Origin: the human T2T-CHM13v2.0 reference genome, Homo sapiens
Length of the DNA stretch: 64,000 nucleotides
Assembly: GCF_009914755.1 (NCBI RefSeq)
Contig: NC_060944.1
Strand: one strand, 5' to 3'
Shown: positions 34,342-58,230 of the stretch, in pieces
Position numbering within the stretch: the stretch's first letter is position 1
How the letters are laid out: each line of letters starts with the position of its first letter
Made by a program: the position numbers and the translations under genes
The notes under the pieces: generated by a model
What the model was told of the DNA's origin: nothing
Seen by the model: the letters and a program-made list of their open reading frames with translations, nothing else
The model's database searches: none

Positions 34342-34406
34342 TGATGATAGTGTGGTTTCTAGTTTGGGCCATTATCAGCAACATTGCTGTGTACATATCT
34401 TTATAT

Positions 34407-34616
34407 CAGGGTGTCCAATCTTTCAGCTTCCCTGGGCCCATATTGGAAGAAGAATTGTCTTGGGCCACACATAAAATACACTAACACTAATGGTAGTCGA
34501 TGAGCTAAAAAAAAAAAAAAAAAGGAAAAAAAAGCTCGTGTATTTTACAAAAGTTTTACGGATTCGTGTTGGGCTGCATTCAAAGCCGTCCTGGGCCGTG
34601 GGTTGGACAAGTTTAC
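34407..34616 (+). mobile_element. MER30 hAT-Charlie MITE
   Basis: caggggtgtccaatctt..gcttccctgggcc..attggaagaagaattgtcttgggccacacataaaatacactaacac...ggttggacaag consensus. Confidence 0.8.
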
Positions 34617-36092
34617 TGTACATCTTTCTTTGTACACACGATGAATGTCACAAAGAGCTCACAAAGCACCTGTACCATGTGTATGTTTCAGTTATGAATA
34701 TGTTCTGCAATAAACAGAAAACTCATTAAACAAATATGGGTTGTTTTTCCCCCCTCACCTCTGAAGGTAAGGAGTTACTGAGAATGGTTTAGCGGCTTGG
34801 TGATGCCCCAGGGATCCAGGCTGTCTTCCCTTCTGCTCTGCCAGCCTTAGTGTGTTGTCTGATGTCCTCATCCTTGGTGCTTCATAGTCACAATATGACT
34901 GCTGTTGCTCTGGACATCACTTCTGCATTCAGAGATGGAAAAGAAGAAATAACAGTCCCAGCCACAACCACTTCTTCTTATCAGAAATGTAAAAACATTC
35001 CCAGAAGGTTTCTTAGGACTCACAGGCCAGAACCAAATCCATGACCGCTCCTACTGCAAGGAAGTCTAGGAAAGAGAGGAATAGATTTGCCTGATTGGCT
35101 TAAACGAATACTTCACATCCTAGCTGCACATTACAATCACCTGGGAGCTCTAAAAAATACCTATCTGGGCTTCACCTCCAGAGGTTTTGATATAATTGGT
35201 CTGGGATGGGGCCTATTCACTGCTGTTTTGAAAAGCTCCATGGATGACTCTAAAAACTGACCAGAGTTGAGAACCACTGGGTTCCACCAATCATGATCCT
35301 TCATCTAGGGCTGGGCAGGTGTATAAGTGAGGATTATATTCAGTTGCAAGTGACAACATACAACATACCAAGCCTAAACAAGAGAGGAGTTTATTTATTG
35401 CTCACATAAAAGTTCAGCAGGCTGAGTGCAGTGGCTCATTTTTGTAATCTCAGAACTTTGGGAGGCTGAGGCAAGAGGAAGCCAGGAGGTCAAGACCAAC
35501 CTGGGCAACATAATGAACCCTCTACCTCTACAAAAATTAAAAAAAAAAATTCAGTGATCAATGGTCCAGGGCTGGAAGGGCCTGCATGGTGTCAAGGCAC
35601 AGACTCATGATCTTGCTGGCCCACCTCCCATGGCCTTCATTCCCAAGGTCATTCAAGATCCAAGATGGTTATTCCAGCTCCAGCATTCCAATGGCAGGAA
35701 GAAGGACAGAGAAATAGAAGAGCAGAGGCCCACAGACCTTTACTGGCACTTCCCAGAAGTTGCACACACCATTTCTGCTTACCTCCCATGTGAAACAGAA
35801 GTGTGCTGGTCCTTTCCTTCTAGGCTCTAAATTGTTTCACAAGACTTCGTCTACCTCAAGATGATAAGCATATTCTCCAATATTTTGTCTAATGCTCTCC
35901 TAGTGTGGTGTATTTATGTGGTTTCAGTGATTAGTTTATCTGAAGTTTAGTTTTACAAAAGATAAATGATAAAGCCCTAACTTTATGATTTTTCCAAGGC
36001 TAATTGCCCAGTATCATTCATTATTTTTTCTTCCAGATAAGTAATTCTACCAAAGTATTCTGTCAAATACCAAATTCCCACATATATATTAG

Positions 36093-43890
<7,798 letters not shown>

Positions 43891-43955
43891 GCAAAGTGAA
43901 AGAGAATAAACAGTAACTGCTAGAGAATGCCTTAGGCAAAAAGGCATCCTTGGAT

Positions 43956-44651
<696 letters not shown>

Positions 44652-45891
44652 GGTGTCATTCAGGTTTCAGTTAAGGCTGGTGGTGAGAGAAAGTTTTAAA
44701 AGAAATGTTGAAAATATGAGGAAGTTGGTTAATTTTGCAGAGGGGATTCTTTTTTTTTTTTTTTTTTGACCTCAACCTCCCGAGTAGCTGGGACTGCAGG
44801 CATGTATCACCAGGCCTGGCTAATTTGTTGGAGCAACAGAGTTTCACCATTTGGCCAGGCTGGTCTAAAACTCCTGAGCTCAAGCGATTTGCCTGCCTTG
44901 GCCTCCAGAAGTGCTTGCATCTGTAAGCCACTGCCTTACAGATGGGATTCTGAAGGGCATGGCAGATGTTGGAGGTGAAGTGGTAGAGGATAGGTCAGGG
45001 CCAAGGAGAAATAGAGCATTATGGGACTGAGTATGTGGCCAGTGGGATCCACAGTTTCAGAGTTGAGAGACAAAAGCAGGCATGAGAAGCATAAAAAAGT
45101 TTTAATAAGTTAGAACTGGCTGGGCGCGGTGGCTCACGCCTGTAATCCCAGCACTTTGGGAGGCCGAGGCGGGTGGATCACGAGGTCAGGAGATCGAGAC
45201 CATCCTGGCTAACATGGTGAAACCCCGTCCCTCCTAAAAATACAAAAATTAGCCAGACATTGTGGCGGGCGCCTGTAGTCCCACTTACTCAGGAGGCTGA
45301 GAGAGGAGACTGCCGTGAACCTGGGAGGCGGAGCTTGCAGTGAGCTGAGTTCGCGCCACTGCACTCCAGCCTGGGCGACAGAGCGAGACTCCATCTCAAC
45401 AACAACAACAACAAAAAAAGTTAAAACTATTGAAAGTTTGTGCTAGGAATACTACCTAGGAATGAAAACAAATGAATTACACTCTTATACACAACAACGT
45501 GGATAAATCTCACAGGTAATGATGAGTGAAAGCCAGATATTTAAAAACTACATAATGCATGATGTCATTTACATGAACTTCAAGAATGAGAAAAACTAGT
45601 TTATGGTGCAAGGAATCAGGAGGGGGTTACCTCTTGAGCGGCAAGTGTTCACTGGGAGTAGGCACCAGAGAGGATTTGGGGATGTTGAAAATGCCCTGTA
45701 TCTTAATCTGAATGGTTGGTTATATGGGTGTATATGTGTGTAAAAATTTACCAACATGCGCATGTAATATCTGGGTACTTTGCTGTCAATTATGTCATAA
45801 TTTTAAAAAGGCAAATAATTTTTTAATTAAAAACAAAGATGGATATTGGGCCAAAGTGATCATCCACATACATCTTGCCCACATAAAATGA

Positions 45892-46206
<315 letters not shown>

Positions 46207-46513
46207 TAATTTTTTTGTATTTTTAAAGACAGGGTTTCACCATGTTGGCCAGGCTGGTCTTGAACTCCTCACCTCAGAGGATCCACCTGCTTCGGCTTCC
46301 CAAAGTGCTGGGATTACAGGCATGAGCCACCGCTCCTGGCCTATAAAAATTTTTTTAGAAAATCAGCCAGGTGTGATGGTACACCCCTGTAGTCCAAGCT
46401 ACTCAGGAGGCTGAGGCAGGAGGATCGCTTGAGCCCAGAGGTCCAGGCTGCAGTGAGCCAAAATCGAGCCACTGCACTCCAGTCTGGGCAAACAGAGTGA
46501 GACTCTGCATTTG

Positions 46514-46764
46514 AAAAAAAAAAAAGGAAGAAAGAAGGGAGAAGAAGGGAGAAGGAGAAGGAGAAGAAGAAGAAAGAAGAAGAGAGGGGAAGAAGGGGAC
46601 GAAGGGGAAGAAGCGGATGAAGGGGAAGAAGGGGAAGAAGGAGAAGAAGGGGAAGAAGAAGGGGAAGAAAAGAAGAAGAAGAAGAGGAAGAGGAAGAAGA
46701 AGAAGAGGAAGAAGAAGAGGAAGAAGAAGAGGAAGAAGAAGAGGAAGAAGAGGAAGAAGAAGAG

Positions 46765-46796
<32 letters not shown>

Positions 46797-46841
46797 AGAA
46801 GAAGAAGAAGAAGAAGAAGAAGAAGAGGAAGAGGAAGAAGA
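46514..46841 (+). repeat. ~330-bp polypurine (GAA/GAG/GGG) tract grown from an Alu tail, with pure (GAA)17 at 46774-46824
   Basis: Counted directly; only three pyrimidines in the whole tract. Confidence 0.95.
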
Positions 46842-46936
46842 CAGAATTTCCCATATACAGCTTGGCACAGAATATGGGAGTCCGTCATCCAACATTTTGT
46901 TCAAATAAAGTAAGACCCTAGTCCTTGAGACCCACA

Positions 46937-49450
<2,514 letters not shown>

Positions 49451-51039
49451 TGGCCACCAGCACCTCAGGCTTATCCATGAAGTAACTACAGCTGAGAATA
49501 AGTCAGTAACTTGCCTACTGAGTTCAGGTCTCCAGACCCCAAGTCCGGTGTTCTTTCCACCACATGGCACATTCCAAGGACCTCGCTCCCCCAGGCCAAG
49601 CAGCCATTGAAGGTTAAGGAAAGAGAGAGCTTAAGACCTCTCTCCCCAACACCAGGAATAGGCCTGGGTGACACAGCAGAGTAGGGATAGGTGACAAGGG
49701 ATAGGTGTGGGGGGCTCTTTTTATTTTTATTTTTTAAGACAGAGTCTCGCTCTGTCACCCAGGCTATAGTGCAGTGGCGCAATATGGGCTCACTGCAACT
49801 TTCACTTCCCAGGTTCAAGCAATTCTCCTGCCTCAGCCTCCTGAGTAGCTGGAACTACAGGTGCGTGCCACCACACCCAGCTAATTTTTTGTATTTTTAG
49901 TAGAAACAGGGTTTCACCATGTTGGCCAGGCTGACCTCAGGTGATCCACCTGCCTTGGCCTCTCAAAGTGGTGGGATTACAGGCATGAGCTACCGCGCCC
50001 GGCTGGGAGCTCATCTCTTTGGGGCACCCTGTGGGACCCCACATAGGCAATCCATCATGAGTTTCTGACCTCTACCTCCCAGACAAGTATTCATCCACAA
50101 ATATTTATCCTTCAAGGACTATTCACAGCACTATGGATACAGAAAAGAAGAAAAGAATCAAACATCTTCATCTGTAAGAGCTACAGGCCAGTAAATGATA
50201 GCACTTTTCTATTAAGAAACGCATCCCTCCCCACTGAACTTGTTTTAGTTTAGGTCTTCATTATCTCTTACCTGAACTGTTCCTACCCAACTCCAGGTCC
50301 CACCAGAAGATCTAGATTTTGGGAGACCTGAAGCTTATACAATTGGAGGAGTAACTCCTTAAGAAGAATACAAAATTATGAATACACAATTATATGTAAC
50401 CATGTGAACCTGTCACGAGGAATATTCGAGGGTCCTTGGAAGGGGCCGGTGTAGATGAAAGCCTGAAGATTAAGCCTCATGGAGAATCAGCCTCTGCCAA
50501 GTCCTCTCCCCACTTCACCCGGGACAAGGGGAAAAATAGCTCCCTCCTGCCTACCCTATATTCCCCTCACCCCCTACCCCTACCGCACCCTGCTCTACCT
50601 CAAGGATAATAGTTTCCTTTCTTCTAGACCCCCACTCCCCCACCCTCCTCCTACCTCCCCAGCAATTTGGGTTTTTGTTTTTGTTTTTTGAGACAGTCTC
50701 ATTCTGTTGCGCAGGCTGGAGTGCAGTGGCACGATTGGCTCACTGTAACAGCCTCTTCCTCCTGGGTTCAAGCACTTCTCATGCTTTTTTTTTTTTTAAT
50801 ATTATGCTCTTGCTTTTTTGCTTTTAATGTAATAGTTTAAGTATAAATATTTGTCCCTAGTATCTATTTGGAAAATGAAATAAGCTGCTTAATGTCTCCA
50901 ACAAAGACAGTTATATATCTTTCCCACTTCCACAGGAAAACCCAAGGTGCTGAACGCCCAGAATAGCAACCTTACACAGGTATAGTGTTCAAAAGTTTGT
51001 AAAATTGTTTTCCTCGTGTTTAATTTTATTTCACCTTCA

Positions 51040-51470
<431 letters not shown>

Positions 51471-51946
51471 CTAGAATAAACGCACCTACTGCCAACCGGA
51501 TGTTGGGTCAAGTGAGAATGAAGACAATGTAGCCATAGCACTGAAGTTCAATTTACGCCAGTGGCGAGACATTGATTTAAACCAAGTAACTTGAACTCAG
51601 GTTTGCTCCCCATGTACTTGGAATTTAACTGCGCTGAGCTTTTACTTATTTATTTCAAGTACTCTATAGTAGTTCTGAGCCCCTGCCTCCTGTGTTGCTG
51701 GGACTAGAGGCACATGCCACTGCACCCGGATAATTTTTGTTTTCTTTGTATTGTTTTTGTTTCATTTTGTTTGTTTTTTTCAGTAGAAGCGGGTTTTTGC
51801 CATGTTGGCTGGGCTGGTCTCGATCTCCTGGCCTCAAATGATCCACCCTCCTTGGCCTCCCAAAGTGCTGGGATTACAGGCGTGAGCCACCGCGCCTGGC
51901 CCTCCCCAACAATTTGAAAATGAATTTGATCTTGCCCCACCGGTAA

Positions 51947-51982
<36 letters not shown>

Positions 51983-52614
51983 ATATAATATTTCAAAATT
52001 GTTGCCATTGCCTATGAGTAGCTAAGGGGCAGCCGTCAGGGATAGTGTTGGGTGCTGCTGCAGTTTTAGGTTTGAGACTGCAGGGAACAGCCGTGCTCTG
52101 CAAAATAGCAGGGAGTGGGCATAGCTTGCTGCACTGGGAAAACGGTCCCCTTCCTCTTCCTCAATGGGCATTGAGACCGGGTGTCTTTGAAGTGGTTTGT
52201 GATTGGCAGGTGTGTGAACAACCAGGACCAATGATCCCAGAGCCTGGGGATAGGAGCTCGACTCTCCTGCCAAAGGGTCCACCACGATAGCTCCTATTGT
52301 TTTATTATTCAAGATTGAATAACTGGGCCTAGATGTGGGATGGAATGGATCCTAAGGCAAGACTAATACTTGTGGTGTGGGGTTTTCTTGAAGCAATTGA
52401 AGAGGCCTCAGGAATCAACAGCGAGGAAGGCCCAGAGCTGGCGCATACCTACCAGACCACCTTCTTGGATGGCCCTTGTCATTCTGGATTTCTTCATGGA
52501 ACTATGAGAATTGCCATAATTAATGCGCGCTTTAGTTTTTGTATTCCTCCTTTCATTTTAATTACCATCGGGGATCTGACAGGAAGTGGATCCAAGTGCC
52601 GGCATCACACTCTG

Positions 52615-52633
52615 GGGCCTCCGGGGGGCGCTA
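52615..52633 (+). promoter_or_regulatory. Candidate CTCF site upstream of EBF4
   Basis: GGGCCTCCGGGGGGCGCTA is close to consensus TGGCCACCAGGGGGCGCTA. Motif only. Confidence 0.4.
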
Positions 52634-55600
52634 TGGCCCAACACACAGCGTGGCCAAGCGCGCCTCAGCCTAACTCACCACTTCCTATCTGTTTTATACG
52701 GTTTGCACCCGCTTAAGGCGGCGGAGGCGTGGGGGAGTTCTGCTGATGTAAAAAAAAAAAACATTGTTTTTTGACTAGACCTACAGAAAAAATGTCCAAA
52801 CTCCTTAGCATGGCATGTTAGGCACCAGCATGACCCTCCCGGTGCTGGGTGCTAAAACCTCCACCTTGAAGGAAGTGCAGCAAACCCATTCATTCCGCTC
52901 TGCTAGTCCTTACACAAGCTGCTCCCGGGCCCCTCCTCACCTTCAGGCTCAGGCCCTTTTTCTGTGCTTGTCCCAGGACTTGCTCCGCTTCTGTAACAGC
53001 CCAGGTCACTCCAGAGTGACATTGAGCATTCATGAGTCTCCTGCCACCTGACTGTGAGCTCATAAGGGCGCCACCTGGGTTTCATTATCTGCTCACTCTC
53101 TAGCACTGGCCACTCACAAAAAAGCCCTTCTCGTGGACATGAGCACAATGAAAGGGTAGAATGAGACCCAAGGCTCTGGCCTAAGGGTTTGTGGTGAGCC
53201 CCTGCCAGAAAAGAGTGGCATTCTCTGCAGGCGTGCACCACGCTTCCTCTGTCATCACCACCCCTGTAGCTCTCTGTGGCCACAGTTGGAGCACTTCGCC
53301 CCACCCCACCCACCAAATTCCTTTCTCATGGAGAAGATGCAGCAGTTGGAACGGGACAATATACAAAGGAACTAAGATAAATAATGCATGGCCGGCACAG
53401 TGGCTCACACCTATAATCCCAGCACTTTGGGAGGCCAAGGCATGAGGATCACTTGAAGCCAAGAGTTCGAGACCAGCCTGGGCAACATAGCAAGACCTCT
53501 GTCTCAAAAAAAAAAAATATATATTAGCCAGGCATGGTGGTGCACACCCGCAATCCCAGCTACTTGAGAGGCTAAGGAGGGAGGACTTGAGCCCAGGAGT
53601 TTGAGGATGCAGTGAGCTATTATCGCGCGACTGCACTCCAGCCTGGGTGACAGGGTGAGACCCTGACTCTAAAAAAATAAATAAATAAAAGGTTAAAAAA
53701 TAAGATAACTAATGCAAAATAAAAGCGCACAGAGGGTTCCAAGAAACAACAGACTTTCACCTGGATCTAAAGCAGAGACACTCACCTCTGACCCCCAAGT
53801 GCTGCCCCAGAACTGCTCATTGACCTTCCTCCCTTCATCACCCCTTGGTTCAGCAGCTCTAACCCAGGAGCCCTTCTCTGGGGCTGCAGGCTCTGGGAAG
53901 CCTCAAACACCATCCTGGCTGGTTTTCTGTTCCATGTGGTTAGGATAGAACAGAAACCCACGCAAGTTGGGAGTCTGCCCCAGCTATGACTGAGCCTTAA
54001 CTCAGTGCCACTTTCCTGGGCTGACTGATTCCACCTTCTGCGCAGGTTAATTCTGAGCATCTATCCCCCAATCTATCTTGGGGACAACCTTCCAGAATGA
54101 AAAGCACTCCAACCAAATCACTTCAACCATCACAAAAAGGAATGCTGCAAAGTGAGGGCATTCCGGCAGGAAGGGCCAGCCAGCATGAAGGCTGGAGCTG
54201 GGAGACAGGGAGCTGGGTTTGGGAAACGGTGTGATCTCCCATGCTGGATAAGCAAGAAACTCACACAGCAAGGGAGTGGAGGTAAGGCTGGCCGGCAAGA
54301 GAAATTGGATAGGGCATCAAAGGGCCTAGAATGTTCCCAAACTAAGGGCCTAAATGTTTATTTGAGAAGCCACAAAAGACATTTAAGTTTCTAAGCAGGC
54401 GATGGCCCAATCCAAGCAACACTTTTTAAAACTGTGGCAGGAGGATGGGGGTGTTTGGGGGTGAGCAGCTGGGGATGGGAGCTAAGGGAGGAGGCTGTGG
54501 GCAGAACTGGGAATTCCATATCTGCTCCAAGCCAGGGTGGAGTCCAGTGGAGGAAAAGTACGTTTTGCTGTTAGATATTCTCTGTGGGCACTGGGGTAGG
54601 GAGGAAAGGGAAGGGGGACCCGTTAAGACCAAACAAACAGGTAGCTGCAGGACAGGGAGAGAAAAGTATTGGAGATGATTCCCAAACTCCAAGCCTGGTG
54701 GGCAGCAGGAGGAGGTGCCCAGCACAGACACAGGGGAGTCAGGAAGAAGAGCTGGCTGGTGGAGAGTGAACCTGTGGAGACCAAGAAGCCCCATCCCAGC
54801 CTAGGGACAGAGCCTCTTGGGATAGGGACCCTCCCCGGAGGCAGGTGCTCCTCTCCTCTCTGAGGGCCAAGCCCAGCCCTGTCCTCACCCACTGATGTTC
54901 AGGACTGACAGAAGTGAGAGTCCCATATGGGGAGACCATTTCCTCAAAGATGTTCTCTGAGACTGTGGAGGAACGTGAATTCTGTGAGGGGAGAACAGAA
55001 GAAGAGCGCCAGGCACAGCAGCTTGAGGTGCTCAGAGGGCAGAGGAGAAAGACAGTGTGCTCTGGTCATCAGGGCAGTTTCCCAGGTGTGTGTAAATATA
55101 TATACACCAGATATATATATTTCCCAGGTGTGTGTAAATACATACACACGCATATATATATGTGTGTGTGTGTACATATATATATCTGGTCACCAGGGTG
55201 GTTTCCCGTGTGTGTGGGGTTGGGGGGTGGGGTAGCCCACTGCTGCCAGGAGGTCCCAGGCCCTGAAGCCCAAGAGAGACCACGGAGTCTGAGAGCAGAA
55301 GCAGGAAGGCAGGGCTGGAAGGGAGCCAGCACACAAGGGCCCCAGGAGTGGCTTGCTGGGGGCCAGTCAGGCATCCTTGGCAGAGCGTTCCTGTGAACGG
55401 TCTCAGACACAGGAGGGGCAGAAATTGAAGAAGGAGGCGAGGAGGAGGGGACAGTTCTTTTAAGAATGGGGAGATCTGAGCAGAGAAAAGAACATATTGA
55501 GACACAAACAGGAGATCGGTGGGGTAATCTCAGGAAAGGCAGAAGACAGGACTAAGCAAAAAGGTTCCACATCCATCTCCACAGTGGAAGACCGAGAGAA

Positions 55601-57262
55601 GAGAACGGGTGAAAAGACAGAAACGAGGAGGAGCATACGCCGCTGATGGTGCCAGCAGGGTTCTGCCAAGATTCCCTGAGTCCTCTCCACTGGGTAAGAG
55701 GAAGGGTGTCTGCTGGAAATGAGAGAGCCAGAGGTGGGTCTGAATGTTGGGGAGAGGAGTGGAGCAAGTGTGGAACAGCTCTGGGGGGGCTTCTCACATG
55801 TAATGTGTGTACAGGTCTTGGTAAATTGCAGGTTCCGATTCAGCAGGTCCCGGCAGGGCCTAAGAGTCTGGATTCCTCACCAGCTCCCAGGTGATGTCAA
55901 TGCTGCTGGTCCGGGGACCACACTGTGAGAAGCAAGATTTAGAGAGGCAGATCAGGAGATGGAGAAAGAGACTGGCTTAAGAATTGTCTTAAGGAGAAAC
56001 CCATGTTTGATAATCCCACCTAGGGTAAAAGCTGAGACCTGAAGGAGTCCTGGTGGGAATGGCAGCCCCCTGTGGGTGATGGGGAGAGGCATAGAGAGAA
56101 GGGGTGGTAAAGAGACCAGGAAAGGAGGTGAGAGGGCCTCTGTGATGGCAGGAGAACCAGCAGTGCCCCCAGGACGCCTCATCTGGGCCAATGTGTGACA
56201 GAACGCTAACTCACACTTGGAGGCCCCCCAGAAGAGGATGGGAGTGAGTTGGAGCAGGAAGGTGTTATTGCAGGGGTGTCTGAGCGTGAACATGGCAGGC
56301 AGGGCAGGTGGCCCCCATGCTGTTCTGCAGGAAAGTGCTGGACTCAGTCTGGGCTTGCTCGAAGCCTGGCCAGGACAACGTGGGGAGAGGGGCAGAAATG
56401 TCTCTGCCCCACGGTCAAGGGCCAGACGACTTCTGTGCCAGGAACTAATAAAAAAAAGGAATGGGATCTGAGACGGGACGCGGCTGGGGAGAAACAGGAG
56501 GTGAGCTGGGCTCTGAGCCTACCTGTCCAACTCGCAATCAGAAATCAGGAGGTTCCTGAAAGGCACAGATGGAAACTGAAAATGCTTTAGGCTTAGGTAA
56601 CCCAGCATCAGGAATCGGGATGGTTGGATGCAGGGACCTCGCCCAGCTTGTCTGGGGCCGCAGCCTACGGCAGGGACGTTTCAGTCCTTAGCTGGGGTGA
56701 AAGTGAGGTCAGGGTCGCCGGGGAAATGCGGGAGTACAGTCACGCGGGAGAAAGACGTCAAGAGCGAAAGCTCGGAGGCGTCAAAATGAGCAGCAAGTCC
56801 AGGCACAAGGCGTCGGGCGCGGAGAGTACGGCGGGTGCCGGGGGAGGGAGATGAGGCCGCGAAGACGCCGGGGCTTCGTCCGGCGGCGACGGGGAGGCCG
56901 CGGAGGTTCCCGAGCGCAGCGGGGCGCGCACCTCCCGCTCGGGCCGGGCTCCCTCGCCGCGCGGCCCCGGATCCTCCCTGCGCGGGTTTCCGTGGCCCCC
57001 GCCGGGCTCTTCCGTTCCCTCCCGCGGCCTCGACCAGGCCGCAGCCCCCAGCCCAGGCGACCGACTCGCCAGGGTCCGCCCCGCCGCCGCGGCCCGGGCC
57101 CGGCCGCTCCTCCCCCGATGATGTCACGTCCCCGGCCGCCCCTCGGCCGGCCGCGCCGCCCCGCCCCCGCCTCCCCCGGGCCCCCGTCCCCTGGGCCCGC
57201 CCGCTCCCGACATCCCTCCTCCCGCCTGCGCTCCCTCCCTTCGGCTACCGCTCCCCCGGGAG

Positions 57263-57286
57263 CGGCGGCGGCGGCGGCGGCGGCGG
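57263..57286 (+). repeat. EBF4: (CGG)8 trinucleotide repeat in the EBF4 5' region
   Basis: Counted directly; immediately followed by G-ATG-G. Confidence 0.95.
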
Positions 57287-57593
57287 GATGGCCCGGGCCC
57301 GAGGCCAGGCCCCGGGGAGCGGCGGGCGGCGGCGGCCGCGGCGGGGCGGCGCGGGAACCGGGCCCCGGGGGGAGTCGGCCGGGCTGCTGCTGCTGCTGCT
57401 CCAGGTGCTGCCGCCCGGGGCTACGGCAGGGCCGGGACGCCGGGGCACGCGGGGCGCTGGCGGCGGCGGCGTCTGCTGGCCCGGCGCGGCCCCAGCCTTT
57501 CCCCGGGACGCGCGGCTGCTGCTGCTCCTGCCGCCGCTGCCGCCACTGTCGCCGCCGCCGCCGAGCTCCGCGCCCGCAGCCTCCGCCTCCCGG

Positions 57594-57596
57594 ATG
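57594..57596 (+). CDS. EBF4: EBF4 upstream exon contributing an ATG that splices to 58109 (M|DALPRSG... isoform)
   Basis: Donor ATG|GTAATC at 57596/57597. In-frame acceptor ttccctgcgcag|GAC at 58108/58109 with CTCAC branch-like motifs at ~58074-58083. Agrees with my recollection of an MDALPRSG-starting isoform. Confidence 0.6.
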
Positions 57597-58093
57597 GTAA
57601 TCAGCGCCCCGCGCTGGCGCCGCGGGCGGGCGGGCGGGCGGGAGGTGGGGGCGGCGAGGGGGAAAGGGCGGGCGGCCCCGCGCCCCCGCCTTGCCCGAGG
57701 CAGCTCCCGGGGCGCTCGGGCCCCCCCTCCGACGACCGCGGCCCCGGGCAGCCGCCAGAGCGCGCCTCTGGGGCGCCTCCGCGCGGACCGGGTGCGGGCT
57801 CCGCTCCCCGCCCTCCCCGCCCCGCTCGCAGTCCGCCCGCCAGCGCTCAGGCCGCGGGGGAATCCCTCCATCTCCCCGCCCAGCGCCCCAGGAGGGGAGG
57901 GGACAGCGCCGGCGCCCGCGGACCCGCTTTCTCCGAGGGAGCGCCCAAGAGGCGAGCGCGCACTGAGCCACCCGGGCTCGGCGCTGCGCTGCTGGAGGCG
58001 CCTGGTGCCGTCGGGTCGGGCTGAGCTAGACGCCCGCAGCCTCAGCGGGACCGGATCCGGGGCGGCGGGGGCGCTCACTCACCGCGCGCCCTC

Positions 58094-58230
58094 ATGTTCC
58101 CTGCGCAGGACGCTCTGCCCCGCAGCGGGCTGAACCTGAAGGAGGAGCCGCTGCTGCCCGCCGGCCTGGGCTCAGTGCGCTCCTGGATGCAGGGCGCGGG
58201 CATCCTGGACGCCAGCACCGCGGCGCAGAG
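58094..58230 (+). CDS. EBF4: Early B-cell factor 4 (COE4), first coding exon; the gene continues beyond the window
   Basis: MFPAQDALPRSGLNLKEEPLLPAGLGSVRSWMQGAGILDASTAAQ(S), homologous to the EBF1 N-terminus (MFGIQE..MKEEPL..VRTWMQGAGVLDANTAAQS). Donor AG|GTAAGC. Too short for the ORF track. Confidence 0.93.

Noticed and set aside
56681-58078. Antisense 396-, 277- and 148-aa ORFs over the EBF4 island
   Set aside because: Ala/Gly/Pro/Arg-rich products expected from stop-poor, very GC-rich DNA; no recognisable domain.
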